Assembly: GCA_963663805.2 (NCBI GenBank)
Contig: CAXXMR010000013.1
Span: 416,001-480,000 of the forward strand
Direction of reading: 5' to 3'
DNA: 64,000 nucleotides
Source of the DNA: Sedimentisphaerales bacterium
GTDB taxonomy: Bacteria; Planctomycetota; Phycisphaerae; Sedimentisphaerales; SM23-30
The number at the start of each line of letters is the position of its first letter. Positions within the stretch are counted from its first letter, which is position 1. Below, one piece after another: positions 51,605 to 61,579 of this stretch. Under the pieces are notes generated by a model, which worked only from the letters and a program-made list of their open reading frames with translations, was not told where the DNA came from and did not search any database. The position numbers and the translations under genes were made by a program.

Positions 51605-51872
51605 TTAAAAATCCGCGTAATCCGCGGTTAAATATTTCCGTTGCGTTGTTTTAATTTTTGAGTCTAGAATTTGTTTAGTCTCTTACAAATGAAATTTTAC
51701 GCAAAATGGCAACCATTTACCAGAGCCGCGTACGTAAGTAAGCGGTGCCGTTAAAAATCCGCGTAATCCGTGTAATCCGTGGCTAAATATTGTCGTTGTT
51801 TGTGTTGTTTTGAATTTTGAGTTTAAAATTTGTTTAGGACTTAGAATTTCCAGTTTATCTGGCTTGGGATTT
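51605..51872. repeat. Composite repeat cluster: two 9-mer/7-mer modules separated by a REP-like hairpin
   Basis: AATCCGYGT units at 51605-51638 and 51751-51791, each followed by the TTGYGTTGTT...AATTT module; CCGC-GTAC-GTAA-GTAA-GCGG at 51726-51745. Confidence 0.85.
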
Positions 51873-52147
51873 TCTAAAAAAAACCATTTTGTGTATATAT
51901 TGACGGAACTGCTAAAAGTCCAAATCAAGCTTAAAAAAGCACTCTCACGCTCAATTTTTGAAGGAGCGATAAACTTTTGACGCTGGCGACTTAATTGATT
52001 ATCTCCAAAGAACTTGTGTTGGTATTTCGGGTAGTTTTTTTTGCTAAAAACTGTGAAAACTCGAAGTCTAAACTTGATTTTTCACTTTTTTTGTACGATA
52101 ATGGTATAGAATATTGAGTTTTAGTTTTTGTCTGGGAATGAGCATAA

Positions 52148-53296
52148 ATGGCCAAAATGATTGCCCGAAAAAAAGATTTGTCCCAAATACGGAAACTGGT
52201 GAAGAATTTTCCAGTTACCGCGATATTGGGTGCCCGGCAGTGTGGCAAGACTACTATTGCCCGTGAGATTTCGGCGGCGTATTATTTTGATTTGGAGAAC
52301 CCTCGTGATTTAGCTCGTTTTGAGAATCCTCAGTTGGCGCTGGAAGATTTACGGGGTTTGGTGGTTATTGATGAGATTCAGCGGAAGCCGGAGTTGTTTC
52401 CTTTGCTGCGTTATCTGGTTGATGCTGATGAGTCCCACAAATATTTAATTTTGGGCAGTGCCTCACGCGACCTTATTCGACAGAGCAGTGAAACTCTGGC
52501 GGGAAGGATTGCTTATCATTATTTATCGGGTCTTGGTCTGAATGATGTTGCCGTGAAGAATCTGAAAAAGCTTTGGCTTCGCGGTGGTTATCCGCGGTCC
52601 TTTACCTCGGCGAGCGTCGGGGACGCGATGTTTTGGCTGGAGCAGTATATACAGACTTTTCTGGAGCGGGATTTGCCGCTGCTGGGTATTCGTATCGAGG
52701 CGGCGGCTTTGAGACGGTTCTGGACCATGCTTAGTCATTATCATGGCCAACTTATCAATTATACCGAACTGGCCGGTTCATTTGGCGTATCTGATGCAAC
52801 GATACGTCGTTATATAGATATTCTGGCCGGGACTTTTATGGTGCGGGTTATGCAGCCGTGGCATGTAAATGTGGGTAAACGTCTGGTTAAGCGTCCCCGA
52901 ATTTATGTTCGAGACAGCGGGGTGTTTCATGCTTTGCAGTCCATACCTTCTCCTGAGATTCTCGAGTCTCATCCTAAACTGGGGGCTTCGTGGGAGGGGT
53001 TCGCTCTGGAGGAGGTTGTGAAAACTCTGGGCAAGAGAGATGAGCAGTTGTTTTTCTGGCGTACTCATGCCGGTGCGGAGGTTGACCTTTTCTGGCAGCA
53101 TGAAGGAAAAAACTGGGCGGTAGAATTCAAATATTCTGACGCTCCCAATTTGACTAAAAATATGCAGACCGCCGTAAAAGATTTGTCATTGGCTCATCTA
53201 TGGGTAGTCTATCCAGGTCGTCAGAGTTATAGGCTGGCTGATAATATAACTGCCAGGGCGGCGTCAGATATTTCCCAGGGATGGGAATATCGCTGA
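52148..53296 (+). CDS. AAA+ ATPase with DUF4143 domain
   Basis: GARQCGKT, IDEIQR, LGSAS, RGGYP, GASWE, EVD...EFK. Confidence 0.9.
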   Translation: MAKMIARKKDLSQIRKLVKNFPVTAILGARQCGKTTIAREISAAYYFDLENPRDLARFENPQLALEDLRGLVVIDEIQRKPELFPLLRYLVDADESHKYLILGSASRDLIRQSSETLAGRIAYHYLSGLGLNDVAVKNLKKLWLRGGYPRSFTSASVGDAMFWLEQYIQTFLERDLPLLGIRIEAAALRRFWTMLSHYHGQLINYTELAGSFGVSDATIRRYIDILAGTFMVRVMQPWHVNVGKRLVKRPRIYVRDSGVFHALQSIPSPEILESHPKLGASWEGFALEEVVKTLGKRDEQLFFWRTHAGAEVDLFWQHEGKNWAVEFKYSDAPNLTKNMQTAVKDLSLAHLWVVYPGRQSYRLADNITARAASDISQGWEYR

Positions 53297-54106
53297 TTGT
53301 TCGGCTGTTCCTACCGCTTTGAAGAATGTGTAGCAGAACGTGCCGCCGCCGTCGGCGGTGCGGTAGAGGTCGGCGACGCCGCGAGCCCAGTCTGCTTCGC
53401 TCATTAGATTGTGGGTTCGTACCTGTTCGCCTACACCCTCGACCATGGCTGAGAAGGTGTTGCGGGAGAATCCTTCGACCCATTTGGGTTTACTGTCATC
53501 GACATAGACCATGCGGGGGGACACCCGGACGTTTTTCAGGCCCGCGGCGGTCAGCAGGGGGTAGAGTTCACGACCGATGAGTGAGTTGCCGCCGGCCTGG
53601 GCTTGCAGGTCGATAAGACATTGTACTGCCCGCATAGCACAGTCGCTATGGGGATGAAAAAAGGTTGAGCCGTGGTCGCCTTCGATGGCGGTTAGAGTGC
53701 CGCCGGGTTTTAGGAACTGGGTGAGAATTTTCAATGCTTCGTCTGGGTTGGGCAGATGTTCCAGAACGAAACACAGAAAAATATGGTCAAATGATTGAGG
53801 CTCAAAACGTAAATTGAAAATGTCAGCTTGCTCAAATTTAACGTTGTTGAAACCGGCAGTTTCGATTTTTTCTTTGGCGATTGCCAGTGAGGTTTCGGAG
53901 ATGTCAATAGAAGTTATTTCAGCCTGGGGGTTGTTTTGGGAGAGGGTGACGGTCTGGGCGCCTATGCCGCAGCCGGCTTCCAGGACGCGGCTGTGGGGTG
54001 GGTAGATGGTATCGTGGTGTAGTAGTTCGACAAGGGTTTCGGCCTGGTCTTTGAGGCGTTTTGACTCACGCGGGGAATAGCCGTGTACGTATTTGTGATT
54101 TGACAT
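53264..54106 (-). CDS. Class I SAM-dependent methyltransferase
   Basis: LEAGCGIG, FVLEH, LKPGG. Confidence 0.9.
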   Translation of the reverse strand: MSNHKYVHGYSPRESKRLKDQAETLVELLHHDTIYPPHSRVLEAGCGIGAQTVTLSQNNPQAEITSIDISETSLAIAKEKIETAGFNNVKFEQADIFNLRFEPQSFDHIFLCFVLEHLPNPDEALKILTQFLKPGGTLTAIEGDHGSTFFHPHSDCAMRAVQCLIDLQAQAGGNSLIGRELYPLLTAAGLKNVRVSPRMVYVDDSKPKWVEGFSRNTFSAMVEGVGEQVRTHNLMSEADWARGVADLYRTADGGGTFCYTFFKAVGTAEQSAIFPSLGNI

Positions 54107-54125
54107 ATTATTTCCGAGTCAGAAA

Positions 54126-54830
54126 TTATTTTTCGGTATTTTCGACCTTGCGTTCGTGGGCGGGCGGTTTGCTGAAAAGTGTTGGTTCGGGGATGTCTAC
54201 TTTCATGCCCAAAACGCCGAGTCTGCGGGCCAGGCCCGGAAAGAGGGGGTCGGCTTTGAAGGCTCGGACGAGGGAGTCTTTGCCTTTTTGGTCATTGTTC
54301 TTAGAAAAGAAATAATCCGCCAAAGCTACGAGGCAGGATGCGTCCTGGGGGTTTTTGAGGGCGCCTTCTTCAAGGACCAGGACGCCGGGCTCTTCCATAT
54401 TGGCATCGAGGAAGCTCTGGCCGATATTAAGGTAGTCGGTTTCTTCCGGGCGGCGGTGCTTGATGAACAGGGCGGCAGCTTCGGCGGCTTCAGCTTTGCG
54501 GCCCAGTTTGTTAAGGCCGAGGATATAAGCCTGCTGAGCGTCTGCTGAGGCGGGATTGAACTTTACAGCGAGGCTGTATTCGTAGACGGCTTCTTTCAGG
54601 TCCGCTTTGATTTCGTAGCAGCGCCCCATCCAGTAATGTCCGTCGCTGTAGGAAAAGTCGTATTCGATGACGCGGGTAAGGTAATTTTCGGCGGAGGCGT
54701 AATCGCCGTTGTTAAAGGCGATTTTGGCCCGGCGGACGTTATTTTGAGCGTCAATTGGCTTCAGTGAGCATCCGCTCAGGGCAAGTAAAGAGGCTGTGAT
54801 AAAGGCTGATATTATCCAGAGTTTTTTCAT
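54126..54830 (-). CDS. TPR-repeat lipoprotein
   Basis: Lipobox LSGC; TPR-like helices. Confidence 0.82.
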   Translation of the reverse strand: MKKLWIISAFITASLLALSGCSLKPIDAQNNVRRAKIAFNNGDYASAENYLTRVIEYDFSYSDGHYWMGRCYEIKADLKEAVYEYSLAVKFNPASADAQQAYILGLNKLGRKAEAAEAAALFIKHRRPEETDYLNIGQSFLDANMEEPGVLVLEEGALKNPQDASCLVALADYFFSKNNDQKGKDSLVRAFKADPLFPGLARRLGVLGMKVDIPEPTLFSKPPAHERKVENTEK

Positions 54831-54888
54831 GGTCGCTCTCCGCGTATGATTTCAATAATAGGTTGTTGAGTAAAAATTGTTTTTGGTT

Positions 54889-55053
54889 TCAATCGTTTCT
54901 GGGCTTGAATCGTTCCTTGGTTGTCAGGCAGGCTGGGCAGCGCCAGTCGTCCGGCAAATCTTCAAAGGCCGTGCCGGGCGGGATTTTGCCTTCCGGGTCG
55001 CCTTTGGCCGGGTCGTAAGTATAACCGCAATACATGCAACGATATTTTTTCAT
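54889..55053 (-). CDS. Rubredoxin (54 aa; absent from the supplied ORF track)
   Basis: Translated by hand: [61 protein letters not shown]. Confidence 0.95.
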   Translation of the reverse strand: MKKYRCMYCGYTYDPAKGDPEGKIPPGTAFEDLPDDWRCPACLTTKERFKPRND

Positions 55054-55075
55054 GGCAATGCTCCGAAATTAATCG

Positions 55076-55570
55076 TTATTCTGCACCAAGTGCCTTGATG
55101 CCTTCCTGCAATTCTTTTATGTGGCTGACTTCTTCCTGCATTAGTTTATCGACCTGTTCGCGATGTTCTTCTTCGACCGAGCTTTTCAGGGCGGCGAAAA
55201 ACGCGAGGGTGTCTTTCTCAAATCCAATGGCCAGCCGTAACATGCTGACCGGGGTCTGCACCGACGCTACCAGGGCCGAGACATCTTTCTGGAGATTGAA
55301 GACGTGGTTGTCAGCCATGGACTGGATATAGGCTTCGGCAACGCCGTCGGGATCCTGCAGGGCGAGTTCTTCATTGCCGCAATGTTCGGCCCGCCAGCCG
55401 GCGAAGATGTTTTCATGTACCTTTTCTTTTTCTGCCAGGTCGAGCATGATTTTCTTGACGTTTTTGTCTTTGCTGACCTGGGCGGCTTCGCTATAGAACT
55501 TTACTCCGTTACGTTCAATCGCTTCAGCCATGCGGTAAACTTCTGAAATACTGAACTTATCTGCCATCAC
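55076..55570 (-). CDS. Rubrerythrin/ferritin-like diiron protein
   Basis: IE...FY, EKEKVH, FEKD..FF, EEVSH. Confidence 0.88.
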   Translation of the reverse strand: MMADKFSISEVYRMAEAIERNGVKFYSEAAQVSKDKNVKKIMLDLAEKEKVHENIFAGWRAEHCGNEELALQDPDGVAEAYIQSMADNHVFNLQKDVSALVASVQTPVSMLRLAIGFEKDTLAFFAALKSSVEEEHREQVDKLMQEEVSHIKELQEGIKALGAE

Positions 55571-55805
55571 GTTGTCTCCTTATCAAACGTGTCCCGAATG
55601 TCGGTGTCGATTGTTATATTTTCCGTAAACTCTCACCAAAAAACACGATTTTTGCCCCAAAAACGTGAATTTTTTTAAAATTTCTCAAAAAAAAACGCGA
55701 AAATTTCCGCAAATTTCCGTTCATCACGGCAATTTTGCGCTGAAAAATAAGGCTTTTTCCGCGTGAACACTCACTATTTTCCCTTGATTTGGTCTTCCGG
55801 TCAAG

Positions 55806-56522
55806 CTAAATGGCATATTCAACAGGGTCTTTTAGGTGTGCTTCGTCAAAACCTTTCAGCCTGAGCAGACAGGAATCGCATTTCCCGCAGGCCAGGCCCT
55901 TTTCGTCGGGGTCGTAGCAACTGTGGGTGAGTGAATAATCCAGGCCCAGCTCTTTGCCGACACCGATGATTTGGCCTTTGGTCATACCAATTAGAGGGGC
56001 GTGAACCTGGAACCTGCCCTTGCCTTCAGCGGCGGCTTTGGTAGCGAGGTTGGCCAGCCTCTCGAAGGCTCCTATAAACTCTTGTCGGCAATCGGGATAG
56101 CCGCTGTAGTCAACGGCATTGGCCCCGATGAAAATATCGAAGGCTCCGAGTACTTCAGCCCAGGCCAGGGCTAAGGAGAGCAGGATGGTGTTGCGGGCGG
56201 GGACATAAGTGACCGGAATCGAGCTGGCACCAACGGCTTTGCCGTCGGCGGGTTTGGGTACTTCGAGTTCGTCGGTGAGGGCTGAGCCGCCAAACGCCCG
56301 CAAATCCAGGTTGATAATTTTGTGTTCGGGCAACTTTAGGGCCTGAGCGACACGTTGGGCGGAGGCCAGTTCTATGCTGTGTCTTTGTCCGTAACTAACT
56401 GTCAAAGCATGACATATGAAATCGTTAGCCTGGGCCAGACCCGCTACCGTGTAGGAGTCGAGGCCGCCGGAGAGCAGTATAACCGCTTTGATTTTGTCGG
56501 TTTTTGATGAGTCACTTGTCAT
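55806..56522 (-). CDS. queC: 7-cyano-7-deazaguanine synthase QueC
   Basis: SGGLDS, YGQRH, YVPARN, YPDCR, SCY...CGKCDSC. Confidence 0.97.
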   Translation of the reverse strand: MTSDSSKTDKIKAVILLSGGLDSYTVAGLAQANDFICHALTVSYGQRHSIELASAQRVAQALKLPEHKIINLDLRAFGGSALTDELEVPKPADGKAVGASSIPVTYVPARNTILLSLALAWAEVLGAFDIFIGANAVDYSGYPDCRQEFIGAFERLANLATKAAAEGKGRFQVHAPLIGMTKGQIIGVGKELGLDYSLTHSCYDPDEKGLACGKCDSCLLRLKGFDEAHLKDPVEYAI

Positions 56523-56631
56523 TTTCAGATTCTTTCGCTAAAATGCCGCTTTGGATATGGAAAACCGGGGATGGCTGTTCCCGATGGCCCAATATCATAG
56601 TTGTAACGCCTTGACGGAGTTTTATCAAGTT

Positions 56632-56985
56632 ATGAGCGAGCCGATTAACCTGGAAACCTTCCCTAACCCTCGAATGGGAAGGGATTATGAAATAGAGATT
56701 AATTGCCCAGAATTCACCAGCGTTTGTCCGATTACAGGTCATCCGGATTTTGGGAATATCAACGTTAAGTATTGTCCCGACAGACTTTGTCTGGAATTGA
56801 AGGCTCTGAAATATTACCTTCAGTCGTATCGCAATCGGGGGATTTTCTATGAGGAAGCGACCAATCAGATTCTAGATGATTTGTCCGCGGCATGTTCACC
56901 TAAGACTATGACTATTACCAGCAGTTTCACCGCCCGAGGCGGGATTACGACTAACGTTACGGTTAAGTATCAATGCTCTAGATGA
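56632..56985 (+). CDS. queF: PreQ0 reductase QueF (type I)
   Basis: EFTSVCPITGHPDFG, ELKALKYY, RGGI. Confidence 0.95.
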   Translation: MSEPINLETFPNPRMGRDYEIEINCPEFTSVCPITGHPDFGNINVKYCPDRLCLELKALKYYLQSYRNRGIFYEEATNQILDDLSAACSPKTMTITSSFTARGGITTNVTVKYQCSR

Positions 56986-57001
56986 GTTTATCTGGAGTAC
57001 T

Positions 57002-58009
57002 TCATATTATTTCGCCGGAGAATCTGGCGAGTGTCAGGTCCATATTGGCGACGTCCTGCTCGGAGAGGTTGATTTTTCCGGCGATGGCGTTTTCTTGGGC
57101 TTGCCGGGGTGTTCTGGCTCCGACTAAAGCGTGAGTTACTCCGGGCTGGGCGATTGTCCAAGCGATGGCAAGCTGGGCCATGGAGAGATTGTGCTGCTCG
57201 GCCAGGGGTTGGAATTCTTTGAGCAGGTTGGCGACACTTTGGCGGTTTTCGACACTGTAACGGGGGTTTTTGTTGCGCATGTCGGTATCTGCGAATTTTC
57301 GGTCGGGTCCGATTTTGCCGGTTAGCAGTCCCTGACAGATAGGTGAATAAGCCAGCAGGGCGATGTGATTCCAGCGACAATGAGCGAGATTTTTCATTTC
57401 CAGCTCGTTATCGAGCATGTTGTATTTTTCCTGGTCGGTGTCAACTGGGCCGACCTGAGCATATTTATCGATTTGTTCTGGGGTGGCATTGCTGACTCCG
57501 ATGGCGCGGATTTTACCTTCCTGTTTGAGTTCGATGAGGCAGCCCATGGTATCGGCGATGGGGGTGGTGTTTTCCTGCCAGTGGGTCTGATAGAGGTCGA
57601 TATAGTCTGTTTTGAGGAGTTTGAGGCTGGTTTCGACCTCTTTACGGATGCTTTTGGGGCGGAGGCATTTATAGACTTCCAGAGTTGGTTTGTCCGTATT
57701 TATGGTCTTTTCGTCGCTGCGGAAATGGAATTCGCCTTCCTGGCGGTCCCAAATCAGGCCGCACTTGGTGGCCAGGACAACCTTGTCGCGTCGTCCGGCG
57801 ATGGCCTGTCCGACAATTTCTTCGGAACGGCCGAAACCGTAGACCGGAGCGGTATCGATAAAATTTATGCCCTCGTCGATAGCGGCGTGAATGGCGTTGA
57901 TAGATTCATTTTCTTCTGTACCGCCCCAGTTCCATCCGCCGATCGCCCAGGCCCCCAAAGCTACTACCGATGCCTCGATTCCAGACTGGCCCAACGGACG
58001 ATATTTCAT
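57002..58009 (-). CDS. Aldo/keto reductase
   Basis: DTAPVYG, ATKCG, IDLYQTHW, IGVSN, AYSP. Confidence 0.95.
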   Translation of the reverse strand: MKYRPLGQSGIEASVVALGAWAIGGWNWGGTEENESINAIHAAIDEGINFIDTAPVYGFGRSEEIVGQAIAGRRDKVVLATKCGLIWDRQEGEFHFRSDEKTINTDKPTLEVYKCLRPKSIRKEVETSLKLLKTDYIDLYQTHWQENTTPIADTMGCLIELKQEGKIRAIGVSNATPEQIDKYAQVGPVDTDQEKYNMLDNELEMKNLAHCRWNHIALLAYSPICQGLLTGKIGPDRKFADTDMRNKNPRYSVENRQSVANLLKEFQPLAEQHNLSMAQLAIAWTIAQPGVTHALVGARTPRQAQENAIAGKINLSEQDVANMDLTLARFSGEII

Positions 58010-58097
58010 TCAAACAACCCTTTTCAGATTATAGTCTTACTACCTGCCAAAACAGCGATTAGAGCATTCTATCGATATAATTTTTCCTGTCAACCTA

Positions 58098-58754
58098 TCA
58101 GTTTTTGTAGTTTGGGTCATGGCGTTGGCGGTACCACTGGGGCCATTGGCTGGGTTTGACTTTAGCCCAGAGGCCGGTCTGGTCGCGTTGAGCTTGCTTT
58201 TGGAGATTCTGGAACCGGTCGTAATGGATATGGTCAAATCGTTCATCGGCATAGGCGTAGCCATCTCTAAGGAGATTTTCGTTGAACATTTCGTTGAGAT
58301 TTACGTACGCATAGCAGAGGAGTCGGCCATATTTGCCGCGGGTGTTTTTGTGCGGTTCAAGGATGATACTGACTTCATTGCCCAAAAGCTGTTTTTTGGC
58401 GTAGGCTGACGCTTCGGGGCCGTAGTACATTATTGGGGTGTTAGGGTTTTTGGTTTCGGGGGTGTCTACTCCCCAGAGTCGTACTCTGGTGTGTTCTTTA
58501 GCGTTGAGCAGGTCGGGTATTTCCAGGTCGAAAGTGTCTCCATCGACAACGTTTACCACCCGGAATGTTTTTTTATTGTAGCGTTCAAAGTCTGTTTCAG
58601 GGTTTTGTTGGGTCTGAGTGGTGCTTGAGTCTGTTGATTCAGGTAGTTCCTGGAATCTGCCCCGGTAGAAAATGAGTGCCAATAGAGCAATACTAAGGCT
58701 GATGAGCATTCTTTGGGAACGGCGAGATAGAAGTGTTTTTTTTCGGCGCGGCAT
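58098..58754 (-). CDS. Membrane-anchored thermonuclease (SNase family)
   Basis: VVDGDT, VRLWGVDTPE, KYGRLL, GLW. Confidence 0.92.
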   Translation of the reverse strand: MPRRKKTLLSRRSQRMLISLSIALLALIFYRGRFQELPESTDSSTTQTQQNPETDFERYNKKTFRVVNVVDGDTFDLEIPDLLNAKEHTRVRLWGVDTPETKNPNTPIMYYGPEASAYAKKQLLGNEVSIILEPHKNTRGKYGRLLCYAYVNLNEMFNENLLRDGYAYADERFDHIHYDRFQNLQKQAQRDQTGLWAKVKPSQWPQWYRQRHDPNYKN

Positions 58755-58862
58755 TGTTTGGGTTCCTTTTGTGGGTCTTGCGGAAAAATAATGCTTGAAA
58801 ACCACGCCGGTCATCGTAAACTGAATGAAAGGACAAATCAAGGTTCATGCCGGAGACCGCAG

Positions 58863-59588
58863 ATGTCAAAAATATCTTTATGGAAGAGGATGGGTGGGTG
58901 GCTGAGGCTTAGTGCGGCTGATGCCGACGCTCAAGTCGATGAAAACGGACTGCTGATTAACGATGGAGAACATGCGGGCAATCCGCAGGAGGCTCTGGTG
59001 ACTAAAAAACCGAATAAGGAGCAACAGTTGGCGGCGATGGAAGAGAGTTTTCGTCGGTTGGTGGATGTTTTGGAATCACTTAATGACAATGTTGCCGAGC
59101 AGAACCATAAGAGCGAGAAGATAAACCAGAATCTGAACTTACTGCCGCAGGTTCTTGAGAATATTCCGCAGGCTTCGGCGGCTCAGCGTGAGGCTCTTGA
59201 TAAACTTGCCGGCGAACTGCGTAATCAGTCTTCGCGCAGTCAGCAGCTGGTGGAAATTGTCAAGGATTTGCCTGATTTAACCCAGCAGCAGATCGACCGG
59301 TTGGGTGATATTACTCAGCAGTTGGAGTCGTCCAGCCAGAGCAGCGAGAAGATGAGCGATTCTTTCTCGCGGGTGGATGAGTCTATTAGCGAGATGCTCC
59401 AGCATAGTCAGGGTCAGAGCATTTCTCTAGCGAATCTGGGGCAGCAGATTCAGCAGTCTGACCAACAGCTTATCGAGGCATTGACCAGGCAAAATCGCAG
59501 AATGATGTGGATTTTCGCGGGTCTGGCGATTTTGGTATCGGCGGCGGTTGTAGTTTTGACACTTTTTAGTTTGAAGTCTGCGAGCTGA
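58863..59588 (+). CDS. Hypothetical coiled-coil protein with C-terminal TM anchor
   Basis: GGAG RBS; Q/S/E-rich heptads; terminal hydrophobic helix. Confidence 0.75.
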   Translation: MSKISLWKRMGGWLRLSAADADAQVDENGLLINDGEHAGNPQEALVTKKPNKEQQLAAMEESFRRLVDVLESLNDNVAEQNHKSEKINQNLNLLPQVLENIPQASAAQREALDKLAGELRNQSSRSQQLVEIVKDLPDLTQQQIDRLGDITQQLESSSQSSEKMSDSFSRVDESISEMLQHSQGQSISLANLGQQIQQSDQQLIEALTRQNRRMMWIFAGLAILVSAAVVVLTLFSLKSAS

Positions 59589-59736
59589 TTGGATGAATCA
59601 ATTTATGTAAGCGTTCACAGTATCTCAGGTTGAGCTGTATAGGCCCGATCATGCTGTCCCTTCAGGGCTGTTAAAAGAAAATAATATTCCCACTCGGCAC
59701 AAAAATATGTTGAAGTGGGGAGTGTGAACAGTTACT

Positions 59737-61368
59737 TTATTTTTTCTGTTTTTCCAGTACATTTCCCAGCACATCTATCAGAATATTTGTCATTTGTTCT
59801 TCGGCAGTGCGTTTGTTTTTTTTCTCTTGCTGCGGAGCTTGTTCATTTTTTTCTTCGTCTTGATTATTGGTTTCAATCGGAGTTTCTGGTTTTTGTCCGG
59901 AATTATCAATCTTGCCCAGCAGGTCCTCCAGGGCTTTGCCTGCCTGAGTCTCGATGTTTTTGCGGAGAATGTTTTTCAGCAGTTCATCTACGTTTACTTT
60001 GCCGAGGCCGAGGACGGGCTTGTCTACTGTCCCTAATATTGGGATGTCAACCCGTGTCTCTCCCAGATAACGCGGGTCGATCTGAGACATTTTAACTCCC
60101 AGGCGTTCCAGCAGCAGGGCGTTGAGGGGCATACTGACTGCCATATCCATGGTTTTATCGAAACCTACCGAGCCGTAAAACCTCATCTGGGTATGGTCTT
60201 TCAGGGCAACAATAAAATCATCGTAATGAATTTTGCCGTCACGGACAGCGAAATTAATGGCGCCTATATCCAGACATACTTTATCTTCCACTCGTGAGGA
60301 AAGCAGGTTCAGTAAATCCTTTAGCAGACCCTGTGGATGCACCTTCATTCCTGAAAGATTCAAATTGCCCTGGCCGTACATTTCATTTTGGCTGTTTTTG
60401 TCCAGTGGGACATAAACATCTTCGACTATCAGCGAGACTGTCCCTTCTACTTCCGCACTTTCGGCGAGCAGGGGGGAGGCGTCTTTCATGAAGCGTTGGA
60501 CGAGTTCTGACTTGATGGGCAACTTGTCAAGTATTTGTTGTTTTTTGGTTATGCGTAATTGCGGCGGCTGTTGGCGGAGGTCGAGTTGGCCGGCCAGGAT
60601 GATTTGGCCGTCCTCGGCGGCGACGATGCTTTCGGGCAGATGGACGATGCCGCCGGAAATTTCTGGTTTGATCTGTGCTTGTCCCAGTTTTATTTCATAG
60701 ACCTCGCCCCTGTCCCAGTTCAGGCTCAGTACGCCTTCGATATCTTCCAGCTTGCCATCTACCGGACTTTTCAACTCAAATTCACCCTGACAGATACCTT
60801 CCAGGTTCACGTCGCGGGCGGTTTCCGGGGCGTAAATTTCCAGCATTCCCATGGCTTGCTGCCAGTCGAGTCGATATTTGCCGTTGGCTGTTGCCCGTTG
60901 TTGGGCGGTGCCATCTATATAAATTTCGCCTTCGAGCTCAAAATCCTGCCATTGCCGACCTTCGATTTTGAAGGCTTTGATAACGCCGCCCCTGAGTACC
61001 AGCAGTCCCGGCGGTACGTGTCGCTGTTGTGTATTTTTCATTTTTCGGGCTTCGGCCAGTAAATCTATTAGTCCGCCGGACCAACTAATGAAGGATGCGC
61101 TGATTTCATTGCCGCCTTCGGGCTCACGTAATTGCACTCTGCCCAGTTCACAGGGGCCCAGCCACGATAGCGATATGCTTTGGCAATCTATCAGCCAGCC
61201 GGTTTTTTCGCCGACCAACTGTAACAGGGCACTTTTGGCAGGCCCAACACCTATCAGGCGTGGAACGGACCAGATAGCTACTATCAGCATCAAAAATGCG
61301 GCAAGCAAACGCCAACGCCATTTGTGCCGTCTGACAATTTTGTCGGTTTCTTTGATTTTCCTGTTCAT
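59737..61368 (-). CDS. AsmA-like envelope protein
   Basis: N-terminal TM anchor, beta-rich body, GSVGFD...IPILGTVDKP C-terminus. Confidence 0.6.
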   Translation of the reverse strand: MNRKIKETDKIVRRHKWRWRLLAAFLMLIVAIWSVPRLIGVGPAKSALLQLVGEKTGWLIDCQSISLSWLGPCELGRVQLREPEGGNEISASFISWSGGLIDLLAEARKMKNTQQRHVPPGLLVLRGGVIKAFKIEGRQWQDFELEGEIYIDGTAQQRATANGKYRLDWQQAMGMLEIYAPETARDVNLEGICQGEFELKSPVDGKLEDIEGVLSLNWDRGEVYEIKLGQAQIKPEISGGIVHLPESIVAAEDGQIILAGQLDLRQQPPQLRITKKQQILDKLPIKSELVQRFMKDASPLLAESAEVEGTVSLIVEDVYVPLDKNSQNEMYGQGNLNLSGMKVHPQGLLKDLLNLLSSRVEDKVCLDIGAINFAVRDGKIHYDDFIVALKDHTQMRFYGSVGFDKTMDMAVSMPLNALLLERLGVKMSQIDPRYLGETRVDIPILGTVDKPVLGLGKVNVDELLKNILRKNIETQAGKALEDLLGKIDNSGQKPETPIETNNQDEEKNEQAPQQEKKNKRTAEEQMTNILIDVLGNVLEKQKK

Positions 61369-61579
61369 AATCTGCCTTTACATCTGGTTGCCTGTTAAAA
61401 ACTAAATATTCAATAATTACTTTATCGACAATATCTTATATTAAATAAATTTGCAATGTGGTATTTCTCTTATCCAAAAATCTTGATTTTTAATAGTATT
61501 GCCCTAATATGTGCCCGGTCCAGAGAAAATTTCTGGCGTGATGAAATGGCTGCTGTTTACAGAAAGAAAGGTAAAGCAC

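Noticed and set aside
51683..51928. 81-aa ORF (HGLHGLRG)
   Set aside because: It is a translation of the repeat modules, with no RBS or domain
53264..53296. 33-bp convergent overlap as a toxin-antitoxin or antisense system
   Set aside because: Short tail overlap of unrelated genes, more simply explained by stop-codon drift
56523..56631. PreQ1 riboswitch at divergent queC/queF
   Set aside because: No preQ1 stem-loop with A-rich tail recognised on either strand
55806..56985. 7-deazaguanine DNA-modification (dpd) island
   Set aside because: QueF commits preQ0 to tRNA queuosine synthesis, and no dpdA/tgt-like gene is in the window
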